A DNA stretch of 64,000 nucleotides, from the NCBI GenBank assembly GCA_030693235.1, contig JAUYBE010000006.1:71189-135188 (forward strand). The letters run 5' to 3'. The notes below the pieces were generated by a model. That model worked only from the letters and a program-made list of their open reading frames with translations, did no database searches and was not told the origin of the DNA. Made by a program: the position numbers and the translations under genes. Position 1 is the stretch's first letter. The number at the start of each line of letters is the position of its first letter. Source of the stretch: a bacterium (GTDB lineage Bacteria > Patescibacteriota > Minisyncoccia > UBA6257 > UBA9933). This document shows, one piece after another, positions 28,669-38,210 of this stretch.

Positions 28669-31626
28669 ATGGCAAAAAATTCATTTGAAGGGCCAAAAAT
28701 ACAAGAAACATCGGGCGAGAAGGAGTCAAAAATATCTGAGGAATCAATAATAGATAAGTCAATAAAGGAAGACAAAGATCTTCGCGCGGAGTTTTTTGAA
28801 CTCAGAGAAAAATTTAAGGAAGGGAAAATATCTCAAGAAGAAACAAAACGGATTAAAGAAAGATTGGAAGAAATAAATAAAAAATGCGAGCCAATAAGCA
28901 AAGACTTAAATTCCAAAAGTGAAGGTTTTTATTCTGAAATAATGGATATACCAGTTAGAAAAGGAAAAAGAATGAGCGAGAAAAAATGGGAAGATATAGT
29001 AAAAAAGAGCGGAGAAACTTTAAAAAAAGCAGAAGAAAAATTAGGAAATATGGAAAATGTGGCTCCGAATATAAAAAAATATCTTGAGGAAAGAATAAAA
29101 CAAAAAAGAGAACAATTAGGGATAAGAGAGGAGGCAATGGAAAAACCAGAGAAATTAGAAGAATCAAAATTAGAAGAACTAAAACCAAAGAAAAAAATTT
29201 CTCCAGAAGAAAAAATTATAGAGAAGGCCAAGAAAGGGAAGTATCTTTCTAAAGAAGATATAGAACTTTGGCAGAAAATTAAATCTCAGAAGGCATTGAA
29301 GGCATCAGAAGAAATGAAAAGTGAAATTAGGGAATTGAGAGAGAAAAAACAGCAAGGAGAGATTCTCTCCGAAGAGGAGGCAAGACGATTGGAAATATTT
29401 AGATTAGGGTTAGATATAATTCAGAGAAGTCGTGAAGAAAAAAAAGAAGCGTCAGAGGCGTCAGAAGCACCAAAAGAAAAAACTCTTGGAGAAATTCAGG
29501 CGGATCTTAAATACAGAAGAGTAAATTATATTGGCGCCTACACAGCACACCGCCTTTTTGGTAGAAAGTTTGGTAGAAAGAAAGAAGAGGATTCGGAAGA
29601 GTTTGAAAAAACAATTGAGTTGGCGAAGCAAAATTTGCGATTAGGAGATGCTGAAAAATTGAGAATATACGATTTAGCGATGCCCGGTTCTATTCTGACC
29701 CCACTTCCTCCTCTACCAGATTATCTCCCTCAATCAGGGGACGACCAGCAAACAAAAACCAGGTTAAGGGTATTAGAATCATTAAAATTGGAAGATAGGA
29801 TGAAATTTTTAGAAGGAGCATCTGCGGATGATAGAAAAGAAGCCTTTATTAAAAGATTTGTAAGTAATGGCATAAGATATGAACAAGCAGAGATGATTTA
29901 TAATAGTGAATCAGCAAAGCTTGAATATGAAAATTCAAAATTAGAAATAGGCAAAAAAATGGCGGAGCAAAGTGTTCCGCCAGCCGAAATTTTCAAAAAA
30001 CTGGTTTTGGAAGAGCGAGAGCTTTTGAATCAGGCAAAAGTAGAATCCTGGCCGCCGAAAGAAAAAAACATTTTCAAAAAGGGAATGGAGTGGTATATGA
30101 AGCGTGGCACTGCCACACGTTTAATTATTTCTACTGGTCTAATTACCGGTGTAGTTGCCAGTGTTGGCGGTTTTGGCGCGGCGGCGGCCGCTACTTTTGC
30201 CGGCTATCGTTTTGTCCGCGGATTTGGTTCTGTGATGGTTGGCAAATTGGCGGGTATGGGCGTGGATAGTGTGATGTCGCGTAGTATTGAAGCACAAAAA
30301 GAGGTAGCTTTGGAAAAATTAAAATCAGGTTTTGACTTAAATAAACTAAAAGAAACAGAAAAAGAATTGGAAAAAATTTTTGAGGAAACGGCCAAAAAAG
30401 AACGAAGAAAACTTCTTGTTAAAGCTGTAGCAAGCGCGATGGCTGGCGCTGGCACTGCCATGGGCATGGGTATGTTGGAGCAGGCTTGGGCTGGCGGAGG
30501 AGTAAAAGTTTCTCCTGAAGCAATAAAGCCAAAAGTGGTGGTTCCTGAATCAACATCGCAGGTGCCGGAGTCGCCAGCGCCAGCAACAAGAGTTTTACCG
30601 ACCGAAGCGCTTCCTTCTGCGCCTCAATCAACACCGGAAGCGCCTGTTGAAAAACCGAAAACTTTGTTTTTTGGAAAAGATTTGGATTATCAAGGCGAGA
30701 AATCAATTTGGCAGGAAGCGAGGAAACAATGGGAGGGAAGATTCAAGGAATTTGCCGATTTGGGCGGAAATGACAGCGAAGCAGCAGAAGCTTTAAAAAC
30801 TTACAACATTGATAGAATAAAAGATACCGTTGCGGGCGTTATTAAAAGCGGCGATAAAAATTTAATTGAAAAATATGGTTTAATTGGCATTGATGATCCA
30901 GATAAATTAACCGTTAAACAATTGAAAGGCATAAAATGGGGCAATATTTTTGAGGATACATTAAAAGAAGAAGGATTAACTGAAAATTTGTCTCCAGAGC
31001 GAATTGAAAACATTGTTGATAATAATAAAACTTTTAGAGAATTTTTCAAAGAAAATTCCAAAGCGCCGAGAACAAGCGAGAATTATGAAAATATTTTAAG
31101 AGGAAAAGGCGATACCGGAATTGTTTCTGAAACGCCATGGAAAGTTGTCCCCGAAACAACTTCAGAAATTGTTTTTGAAACGCCATTGCCAAAAGCGCCT
31201 ACAATACCTATTGATACTGAGAATCTTTTAAAACAAGAAGTAATCCCCGGAGATTTTAAGGCCTCCTATGTTGTTGGTTTTGACCAAGTTTTTAACAAAG
31301 GAAAAGTGGTTGAGGGGCTTAAGAATATGTTTGGTTCAGATGTTTTTGGAGAAAAAGGCATTAAGGGTGTTTTAATAGACAGAGGAGATGGCGTAACGGT
31401 TATTAAAAACGCTTTTGGTCAGAAAAATTTTGATTTGTTGCTTACTGATAAGACAATTGCCGTTGATGGTCCGGCTGGTTGGAATTGGGGGAGTAAAGGC
31501 GCTTTTCTTGGTTTTGGTAATCGGATACCAACAGAAAAATTAAGTCCGGAAACAATTAAAACAGCCAAAAATTATATTTTAGAAAGCGTTAAAGAATTTA
31601 GTAAGAAAGAAGCATTAGGGCATTGA
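28669..31626 (+). CDS. Large hypothetical protein (985 aa). It has an N-terminal Lys/Glu-rich coiled-coil, a central Gly/Ala-rich hydrophobic (TM) region and a Pro-rich linker
   Basis: ORF track entry. Composition-based; no recognisable catalytic motifs. Confidence 0.5.
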   Translation: MAKNSFEGPKIQETSGEKESKISEESIIDKSIKEDKDLRAEFFELREKFKEGKISQEETKRIKERLEEINKKCEPISKDLNSKSEGFYSEIMDIPVRKGKRMSEKKWEDIVKKSGETLKKAEEKLGNMENVAPNIKKYLEERIKQKREQLGIREEAMEKPEKLEESKLEELKPKKKISPEEKIIEKAKKGKYLSKEDIELWQKIKSQKALKASEEMKSEIRELREKKQQGEILSEEEARRLEIFRLGLDIIQRSREEKKEASEASEAPKEKTLGEIQADLKYRRVNYIGAYTAHRLFGRKFGRKKEEDSEEFEKTIELAKQNLRLGDAEKLRIYDLAMPGSILTPLPPLPDYLPQSGDDQQTKTRLRVLESLKLEDRMKFLEGASADDRKEAFIKRFVSNGIRYEQAEMIYNSESAKLEYENSKLEIGKKMAEQSVPPAEIFKKLVLEERELLNQAKVESWPPKEKNIFKKGMEWYMKRGTATRLIISTGLITGVVASVGGFGAAAAATFAGYRFVRGFGSVMVGKLAGMGVDSVMSRSIEAQKEVALEKLKSGFDLNKLKETEKELEKIFEETAKKERRKLLVKAVASAMAGAGTAMGMGMLEQAWAGGGVKVSPEAIKPKVVVPESTSQVPESPAPATRVLPTEALPSAPQSTPEAPVEKPKTLFFGKDLDYQGEKSIWQEARKQWEGRFKEFADLGGNDSEAAEALKTYNIDRIKDTVAGVIKSGDKNLIEKYGLIGIDDPDKLTVKQLKGIKWGNIFEDTLKEEGLTENLSPERIENIVDNNKTFREFFKENSKAPRTSENYENILRGKGDTGIVSETPWKVVPETTSEIVFETPLPKAPTIPIDTENLLKQEVIPGDFKASYVVGFDQVFNKGKVVEGLKNMFGSDVFGEKGIKGVLIDRGDGVTVIKNAFGQKNFDLLLTDKTIAVDGPAGWNWGSKGAFLGFGNRIPTEKLSPETIKTAKNYILESVKEFSKKEALGH

Positions 31627-31770
31627 CAAGAAAAATACATAGATTATTATAAATAATAATCCGCGGACAACAGGCATTTAAGACCTGTCGAGGATGGCGA
31701 TTTTTGTCTGCGGCATTCTGCCGTATTTTTGTTACTAAAACCTAACACCTAAAACCTATAACCTAACTTT

Positions 31771-32268
31771 ATGTTAACCAAACAGCAAAAAATTGAATCA
31801 GTTGGAGAAGCGGAGAAAATTCTTGACCAAAATAAGACTTTGGTTTTTGTCGATTTCAGCGGGACCAAGGTTGAGGATTTAAGAAAATTAAAACGGACAT
31901 TAAAGGAATTCGGCAGCCAGCTTAAAATAATAAAGAAGAAATTGCTTAGGATCGCTTTTCAGAACAAAAAAATTGATTTTAATCCGGAACAGTTTGATTT
32001 TCAGCTTGGCGCGGTTTTTAGCGATAGGGACATTTCGGAAGTCAGCGGGCCCGTTTATAAATTTTTCAAGGAGGTGGAGAAAAAAGGTTTTAAAATTTTA
32101 GGCGCTTATGATTTGTCGGAAAAAAATTTTTTGGATGCCGAGACGGTGAAAAAAATCGGTCAATTGCCGTCAAGAGAAATTTTATTGGCTCAGTTGATTG
32201 GTGCAATCGCGTCACCAATCAGGATGTTGATGTATATGTTGCAAGAACGGGGTAAAAAGGTCGGGTAA
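31771..32268 (+). CDS. rplJ: Ribosomal protein uL10
   Basis: Position directly upstream of rplL. L10-like N-terminal domain (K..V..V...L....T.....G.....LR...R). Confidence 0.8.
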   Translation: MLTKQQKIESVGEAEKILDQNKTLVFVDFSGTKVEDLRKLKRTLKEFGSQLKIIKKKLLRIAFQNKKIDFNPEQFDFQLGAVFSDRDISEVSGPVYKFFKEVEKKGFKILGAYDLSEKNFLDAETVKKIGQLPSREILLAQLIGAIASPIRMLMYMLQERGKKVG

Positions 32269-32269
32269 T

Positions 32270-32388
32270 AAAAATGTAAAATTTAAAAATCAAAAATCAA
32301 AATGACAGTGTAAAATGTAAAAATGAATTAAAAACAATTTTAACATTTTGATTTGTCATTTTACATTTTGATATTTACACTTTAAATT
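32270..32388. repeat. Long AT-rich imperfect palindrome (about 120 nt) in the rplJ-rplL intergenic region
   Basis: aaaatgtaaaat...gacagtgtaaaatgtaaaa is mirrored by ttttacattttga...tgtcattttacatttt. Confidence 0.6.
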
Positions 32389-32751
32389 ATGAATAAGTTT
32401 GATGATATTATTCAAAAAATTGAATCTTTAACCGTTGTTGAGATTGCCGAATTGGTTAAGGTGCTGGAAGAAAAATTCGGTATTTCAGCGGCGATGCCGA
32501 TGGCAACTGGCGCTGTTGCAGGAGCTGTGGCTGAAGAAAAAACTTCATTTGATGTTATTCTTAAAGCCGTTGGCGACCAAAAAATCAATGTGATTAAAGC
32601 GGTTAAAGAAGCGACCGGTTTGGGTTTGAAAGAATCCAAGGATTTGGTTGATGCCGCGCCAAAACAGATAAAACAGGGGCTTAAAAAAGAAGAAGCCGAT
32701 GAATTAAAAGCAAAATTGGAAGCAGTCGGAGCGGTGGTGGAGATACAATAA
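32389..32751 (+). CDS. rplL: Ribosomal protein bL12 (L7/L12)
   Basis: Sequence ...[18 protein letters not shown]...AA plus the C-terminal domain [24 protein letters not shown] matches L7/L12. Confidence 0.9.
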   Translation: MNKFDDIIQKIESLTVVEIAELVKVLEEKFGISAAMPMATGAVAGAVAEEKTSFDVILKAVGDQKINVIKAVKEATGLGLKESKDLVDAAPKQIKQGLKKEEADELKAKLEAVGAVVEIQ

Positions 32752-32825
32752 ATCAACGAATAGCGAATTTTTTGTACGAATATACGAATTCGTAAATTCG
32801 TAATTGATTCGTTATTCGGTGATTT

Positions 32826-32900
32826 GGGCGCTTAGTTCAGTGGCAGAACGTTCGATTCACATTCGAAAGGTCGGAAGTTCGATCCTTCCAGCGCCCACCA
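32826..32900 (+). tRNA. tRNA-Val (CAC), CCA encoded
   Basis: Manual fold: acceptor gggcgct/agcgccc, anticodon stem ttcga/tcgaa, loop ttCACat. Confidence 0.75.
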
Positions 32901-32905
32901 AAAAA

Positions 32906-32932
32906 TCATCCCGTACGGGGTGATTTTTTGGT
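32906..32932 (+). terminator. Intrinsic terminator
   Basis: Hairpin atcatcccg-tac-ggggtgat followed by TTTTTT. Confidence 0.6.
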
Positions 32933-33071
32933 GTGTGAATAATCTGTTGATAATTCCAGCCAAAGATTTTTAAAAATCCGCTTAAATAAAGGTTTTTTTA
33001 AATCTTTATCGGTTGTAAAATCGGTTTTTAGGTTATTGACTCAAATTAAATTGTGGAGCAGAATGTAATGG

Positions 33072-33125
33072 AAGTGGGGAAATGTGGATAACTATGGGGA
33101 TAAGTAGTCAAAGTGGGGGATAACT
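33072..33125 (+). promoter_or_regulatory. Putative MraZ operator: four direct GTGGGGA(A/T)AA-like repeats at roughly 10-nt spacing upstream of mraZ
   Basis: gtggggaaat gtggataact atggggataa ... gtgggggataac, read directly from the sequence. MraZ is known to bind direct GTGGG/TGGGN repeats in its own promoter. Confidence 0.5.
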
Positions 33126-33128
33126 ATT

Positions 33129-33560
33129 ATGTTCATCGGAGAATTTCAACACAATTTAGACAACAAAGGAAGAATTGCCATACCGGCAAAATTTAGAAAT
33201 AAATTAACCGGCGGCGCGATTGTTACGCGCGGACTGGATCATTGTCTTTTTGTTTTCAGCAATAAAGACTGGGAAGTTTTGGCGCAGAAATTAATCGCTT
33301 TGCCGTTGGCTCAGGCTAATTCCCGGGCTTTTGCTAGATTGATGTTGGCGGGCGCCGTTGACGCGGAATTAGATAAACAGGGAAGAATTTTAATTCCCGA
33401 TTATCTGAGAGAATATGCCGGGTTAAAAAAACAGACGACGGTTACCGGACTTTATAATCGGATTGAAATTTGGGACAGCGAAAATTGGAAGCAATACAAG
33501 AGCAAGACAGAAGCGTCATCTGATGAGATTGCGGAGAAACTGGGAGAGTTAGGGATTTAA
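33129..33560 (+). CDS. mraZ: Transcriptional regulator MraZ
   Basis: Duplicated SpoVT/AbrB-like halves with DxxGR motifs (LDNKGRIAIP and LDKQGRILIP). Confidence 0.9.
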   Translation: MFIGEFQHNLDNKGRIAIPAKFRNKLTGGAIVTRGLDHCLFVFSNKDWEVLAQKLIALPLAQANSRAFARLMLAGAVDAELDKQGRILIPDYLREYAGLKKQTTVTGLYNRIEIWDSENWKQYKSKTEASSDEIAEKLGELGI

Positions 33561-33653
33561 GTTAAAAGTTCGTAAAGTTCGTAAAGTTTATAAAGTCCGT
33601 AAAATTTAAAAAATTCAACTTTATAACTTTCAACTTTATAACTTTACAAACTG

Positions 33654-34613
33654 ATGCATAAGCCTGTTCTTTTAAAAGAAGTTATTGAAATTTTAAATCC
33701 ACAGTCCGGAGAATTTTTTATTGATGGAACATTGGGCAGTGGCGGGCACGCGGTTGAAATTATTAAAAAAATTTCGCCGAACGGAATATTTTTGGGAGTT
33801 GATTGGGATAAGGATGTAATAGAGAATTTCAAATCAAACCTAAAACCTAAAAGCTATAACCTAAAAGCTATTAGGTTGGTTCACGGCAATTACGCGGATT
33901 TGCCGGAAATTTTGTCTGCCTACGGCAGATCTCCCGAAGGGAGAAAAAAATACAAATTGCCGAAAGCCGACGGATTGCTCATTGATTTGGGATTTTCTTC
34001 CGAGCAGTTGGAGAAATCGGGCAGGGGATTCAGTTTTTTAAGAGATGAACCGCTGGATATGAGATATGACACGAAAGTTGAAAGTTTAACCGCGGCGGAA
34101 GCGGTAAACAGTTTCAACGAAAAAGATTTGGCGGATATTTTTTGGAAATACGGCGAAGAAAGATTTTCCCGAAGAATCGCCAAAAAGATTGTTGAAGAAA
34201 GGAAGAAAAAAAGAATTTTAATAACATTTGATTTAGTGGAAGTAATCAAAAGAGCTGTACCGAAAAGTTATGAAAAAGGCAGAATTCACCCCGCCACTCG
34301 CGTTTTTCAAGCCCTGCGGATTTATGTCAATGACGAATTGGGCAATTTGGAAAAATTATTAAAAAATCTGGAGAAAATTATAAAACCTAAAGGTCGAGTC
34401 GCTATAATTTCATTTCATTCATTGGAAGATCGCTTGGTTAAAAACTATTTTCGGGAGATGGCGAAACCTGCCCGCATTGCTACGCAAAGCGTTGCAGGCG
34501 GGAAAGGAATGGCGGAAATTTTAACCAAGAAACCGATAACGGCGACGCTGGAGGAAATTAGAAGCAATCCAAGGTCGCGATCGGCGAAAATGAGAGCAAT
34601 AAAACTTCTATGA
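33654..34613 (+). CDS. rsmH: 16S rRNA (cytosine1402-N4)-methyltransferase RsmH (MraW), with three in-frame repeat insertions
   Basis: Sequence HKPVLLKEVIE...FIDGTLGSGGHA...DLGFSSEQL...ISFHSLEDRLVK matches RsmH. Confidence 0.9.
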   Translation: MHKPVLLKEVIEILNPQSGEFFIDGTLGSGGHAVEIIKKISPNGIFLGVDWDKDVIENFKSNLKPKSYNLKAIRLVHGNYADLPEILSAYGRSPEGRKKYKLPKADGLLIDLGFSSEQLEKSGRGFSFLRDEPLDMRYDTKVESLTAAEAVNSFNEKDLADIFWKYGEERFSRRIAKKIVEERKKKRILITFDLVEVIKRAVPKSYEKGRIHPATRVFQALRIYVNDELGNLEKLLKNLEKIIKPKGRVAIISFHSLEDRLVKNYFREMAKPARIATQSVAGGKGMAEILTKKPITATLEEIRSNPRSRSAKMRAIKLL

Positions 34614-34915
34614 CCATTATTCAATTAAATAAAAACAATCACAAGAAAAACTTTTTGATTTCAATTTTAATGATGGTTTCGGTTGTTATGGCTGTTTTTG
34701 GAATATTTATTTATAATCAATTGGTGAGTTTTCGGCACGAAGTAAAAAAACAGGAAAATAATATTCAGCAAGCCGAAGTTCAGAACGCCGAACTGAAAAA
34801 TAATCTTTACAGTATTCTAAACGAAAAAAACATTGAATCGTTGATTAATCAGCAATCGTTAATTTTGGAAAAAAATCCGAACTACGTAAAAACCGCTAAA
34901 CTGACGCTAAATTAA
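34610..34915 (+). CDS. FtsL-like small bitopic membrane protein (cell division)
   Basis: Position between rsmH and ftsI. Single TM followed by a coiled-coil. Confidence 0.55.
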   Translation: MTIIQLNKNNHKKNFLISILMMVSVVMAVFGIFIYNQLVSFRHEVKKQENNIQQAEVQNAELKNNLYSILNEKNIESLINQQSLILEKNPNYVKTAKLTLN

Positions 34916-34936
34916 GCGCCAAACTAACGCTAAAAC

Positions 34937-36547
34937 ATGAAATGGAGAATTACAAGTTTATTTTTTCTTTTTGGAATTTTATATTTATCTTTAATTTTTA
35001 ACATTTATCGTCTTCAAATTGAAAAAGGAGATTTTTATTTAGCAAGAGCGGAGTTTTTAAGGCGATTAAGCGGCGTTTTTCAAACGCCGAGAGGCGCTAT
35101 CTATCTTACCGACAGGAATAATAATTCTAATATTGCCGCTTTCAATAAAGATTATCCGGTAATTTACGCCGTGCCCAAGGAAATTCAGGAAAATAACAAT
35201 AGCAATAACAATAACAATGACAATAACAATACGCGGAATTACGCGGAAAAATTAAGTACGATTCTTAATGTTTCGGTTGAAGAGCTTGAAAAAAAATTCA
35301 ACAAACCCAACGATGAGTATGAGATTTTAATTCAAAAAGCCGGCGTCGAACAGGTTGAAAAAGTGAAAAATCTCAATCTAAAAGGAATATATATAGACAG
35401 CCAGCTTTTGCGTTTTTATCCTTTCGGCGGTTTGGCTTCTCATTTGTTGGGATTCACCGCGAACGGCGATGAAGGCGGAGGCCGTTACGGCGCGGAGCTC
35501 TATTTTGATAAATCGCTTAATAATGGAGAAAATCTGGTTTTAACCATTGACCGCGTTATTCAAGGACAGGCAGAGGAAATTTTAAAAAATCTCATTGACC
35601 GTTATCAGGCGGTTGGCGGAACGGTTATTGTTCAGGAACCGAAAACCGGAAAAATTTTAGCGATGGGAAGTTTTCCGAATTTTGACCCCAATGATTATTC
35701 AAAATTTAAAGTGGAAAATTTTCTTAATCCGGCGGTTCAGTTGGTTTACGAGCCGGGTTCGGTTTTTAAAGTAATCACTATGGCGGCCGGCATAGACAGC
35801 GGAAAAATTACTCCGGAAACGACTTACATCGACACCGGCTCGGTTACTTTTAACGGCATGACGATAAAAAATTGGGATTTGAAAGCTCATGGCCAGCAGA
35901 CAATGACCGGCGTGATTGAACAGTCTATCAATACCGGCGCGGTTTTTGCCCAGCGGAAAATCGGCCAGGATATTTTTTATAATTATTTGATAAAATTCGG
36001 TTTTAACGAGTCGACAAACATTGTTTTGCCCGGCGAGGTTAGAGGAAAAATTAATAATCTTAAACAAGGGAAGGATATTGATTTTGCCACTGCTTCTTTC
36101 GGCCAAGGCGTTTCGGTAACGCCGATTGAATTAATCAGCGCGATTTCCGCCATTGCCAACGACGGCGTTCTGATGAAACCGATTATTTCAGGAAGTGAAA
36201 AATCGCAAGTTGTCAGACGGGTAATTTCCTCTGAAACTTCCAAAAAAGTCGCTCAAATGATGGTTTCCGCGGTTGATAAAAACAAAATCGCGGTAATTTC
36301 CAATTATTCAATCGCCGGAAAAACCGGAACCGCTTTTGTGCCGGATTTCGGGAAAAACGGTTATACTGATGAAGTGATTAATACTTATATGGGTTTTGCT
36401 CCGGCTTTTGATCCGAAATTCGTGATTTTGATAAAATTAGATAAACCAAAGGGCAGTCCCTTGGCTGGCCAGACAGTGGTGCCGGCTTTCCGCGAACTGG
36501 CGCAATTTATTTTAAACTACTATAATATAGCGCCGGATAGATTATAA
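34937..36547 (+). CDS. ftsI: Penicillin-binding protein / peptidoglycan D,D-transpeptidase FtsI
   Basis: N-terminal TM. Transpeptidase motifs SVFK (SxxK), SNY? and KTGT. dcw cluster context. Confidence 0.8.
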   Translation: MKWRITSLFFLFGILYLSLIFNIYRLQIEKGDFYLARAEFLRRLSGVFQTPRGAIYLTDRNNNSNIAAFNKDYPVIYAVPKEIQENNNSNNNNNDNNNTRNYAEKLSTILNVSVEELEKKFNKPNDEYEILIQKAGVEQVEKVKNLNLKGIYIDSQLLRFYPFGGLASHLLGFTANGDEGGGRYGAELYFDKSLNNGENLVLTIDRVIQGQAEEILKNLIDRYQAVGGTVIVQEPKTGKILAMGSFPNFDPNDYSKFKVENFLNPAVQLVYEPGSVFKVITMAAGIDSGKITPETTYIDTGSVTFNGMTIKNWDLKAHGQQTMTGVIEQSINTGAVFAQRKIGQDIFYNYLIKFGFNESTNIVLPGEVRGKINNLKQGKDIDFATASFGQGVSVTPIELISAISAIANDGVLMKPIISGSEKSQVVRRVISSETSKKVAQMMVSAVDKNKIAVISNYSIAGKTGTAFVPDFGKNGYTDEVINTYMGFAPAFDPKFVILIKLDKPKGSPLAGQTVVPAFRELAQFILNYYNIAPDRL

Positions 36548-36647
36548 TCATTATTTTACGGTCATTGCGAGGAGCGAAGCGACGAAGCAATCTCTATGAA
36601 TCAATAAGATTGCTTCACTGCGTTCGCAATGACAAGGCCACAGCATT

Positions 36648-38015
36648 ATGAAACATCTTTTATTGAAAATTTTACAATTAATTTTAAAGCAATTAGCTAA
36701 GCTGACGATTTGGCGTTTTCAGCCGCGGGTTATCGCCATTACTGGCAGTGTCGGGAAAACTTCCGCCAAAGAGGCGATTTACGCGGTTTTATCCGCCTCG
36801 GGCGGAAAAAATCATCGTCGGGTGAGAAAATCCGAGGGCAACTTAAATAATGAATTGGGTGTGCCGCTTGCCATAATCGGAGAATGGAAAGAAGAGGAAT
36901 TAAAATTGGTTAGTCGCGATACGCCGTCCGGCAAGAAAAAAATTAGAAAATTATTATTTTGGCTAAAAGTAATTTTTTATGGCTTAGCTCAGTCCCTTTT
37001 TCTTAAAAAATCCGTTTATCCTGAAATTTTAATATTAGAATACGCGGCAGACCGGCCAGGAGATATTAAAGAGCTTTTGGAAATCGCCAAGCCCTATATC
37101 GGAATTATTACAGCTATTGGCGAAATACCCGTACATATAGAATTTTTCAGCGGTCCGGAAGCGATAGTTCGAGAAAAGGCGAGAGTCGTTGAAAATTTAT
37201 CGGCAAATGGTTTTGCCGTATTGAATTTTGACAACGAAGCAATAATAAATATGAAAGAACGAACCCGCGCCAAAATTATCACTTTCGGTTTTAATGAAGG
37301 CGCGGATGTGAAAATCAGCGGTTTTGATTATGCGCAGACCAACGCAAACAGTCAGCGTGAGTCCGCGTTAAGTCCGCGTGAGTCAGCGTGGCGCGAAGCG
37401 CCAATGGGCGTTTCTTTTAAGATTGAATACGCCGGCAGTTTTGTGCCGGTAGTTTTAAAGAATGTTTTCGGGAAAGCTCAGGCTTATGCCGCTGCGGTTG
37501 CCGCCTGCGTTGGTTTGATTTTTGATTTAAATTTGGTGGAAATTTCCGAGGCGCTTTCAATAAATTACCGGCCGGCCAAAGGAAGAATGAATTTATTAAA
37601 AGGAATCAAGGATACTTATATTATCAACGACGCCTACAACGCTTCGCCGATTTCAATGGAAGAAGCTTTAACAACGCTCGGCGATTTGTCGGCTGAAAGA
37701 AAAATCGCGGTTCTGGGAGATATGCTGGAATTGGGAAAATATTCGGTTGAAGCTCACGAATCAATCGGCCGATTAGCCGGGAAAATAGTTGATGTTTTAA
37801 TTACCGTCGGTCCGCGGGCGAAATTTATCGCCGAATCAGCGGAAGCCGTTGGGCTGGACAAAAACAAAATTTTGAGTTTTGATACGACGACGGAAGCTTG
37901 TCGGGCGGTTCAGGACTTGATTAAAAAAGGCGATTTGATTTTAATAAAAGCGTCAAGAGCAATAGGATTGGAAGAGATAGTGGAGGAAATTAAAGAAATT
38001 GCCGCTTTCGTCTAG
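36648..38015 (+). CDS. murF: Mur ligase family protein, probably UDP-MurNAc-tripeptide--D-Ala-D-Ala ligase MurF, with an in-frame repeat insertion
   Basis: P-loop AITGSVGKTSAKE. Mur ligase middle and C-domains present. dcw cluster context. Confidence 0.7.
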   Translation: MKHLLLKILQLILKQLAKLTIWRFQPRVIAITGSVGKTSAKEAIYAVLSASGGKNHRRVRKSEGNLNNELGVPLAIIGEWKEEELKLVSRDTPSGKKKIRKLLFWLKVIFYGLAQSLFLKKSVYPEILILEYAADRPGDIKELLEIAKPYIGIITAIGEIPVHIEFFSGPEAIVREKARVVENLSANGFAVLNFDNEAIINMKERTRAKIITFGFNEGADVKISGFDYAQTNANSQRESALSPRESAWREAPMGVSFKIEYAGSFVPVVLKNVFGKAQAYAAAVAACVGLIFDLNLVEISEALSINYRPAKGRMNLLKGIKDTYIINDAYNASPISMEEALTTLGDLSAERKIAVLGDMLELGKYSVEAHESIGRLAGKIVDVLITVGPRAKFIAESAEAVGLDKNKILSFDTTTEACRAVQDLIKKGDLILIKASRAIGLEEIVEEIKEIAAFV

Positions 38016-38040
38016 TGGTTAGGACACCCGCCAAAATTTA
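38014..38040 (+). pseudogene. 5' fragment of tRNA-Glu (acceptor 5' strand, D-arm, start of anticodon stem). It overlaps the murF stop, immediately upstream of the intact tRNA-Glu
   Basis: gctttcgtctagtggttaggacacccgcc is near-identical to nt 6-35 of the downstream tRNA-Glu and has no T-arm. Confidence 0.6.
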
Positions 38041-38041
38041 T

Positions 38042-38113
38042 GGCGCATTCGTCTAGTGGTTAGGACGCGTGATTCTCAATCACGCAACAGGGGTTCGATT
38101 CCCCTATGCGCTA
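38042..38113 (+). tRNA. tRNA-Glu (CTC)
   Basis: Manual fold: U8C9. D-arm gtc-tagtggttag-gac typical of Glu. Anticodon stem gcgtga/tcacgc with loop ttCTCaa. G1-U72 wobble. Confidence 0.7.
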
Positions 38114-38210
38114 CAAAAAATTTAGGCGGGGAGCACGGGTTCTCTGCCCGCTTTCGCCTTCGGCGAAGCCGATGGCAGGCGGGGATTCCCATAAGCGGCA
38201 CCATAAATAA

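Noticed and set aside
32412-32756. 114-aa antisense ORF opposite rplL, and similar antisense ORFs (for example 2014..2247, 28929..29231, 46361..46828)
   Set aside because: They overlap well-supported conserved genes on the other strand and have low-complexity translations. These are typical shadow ORFs.
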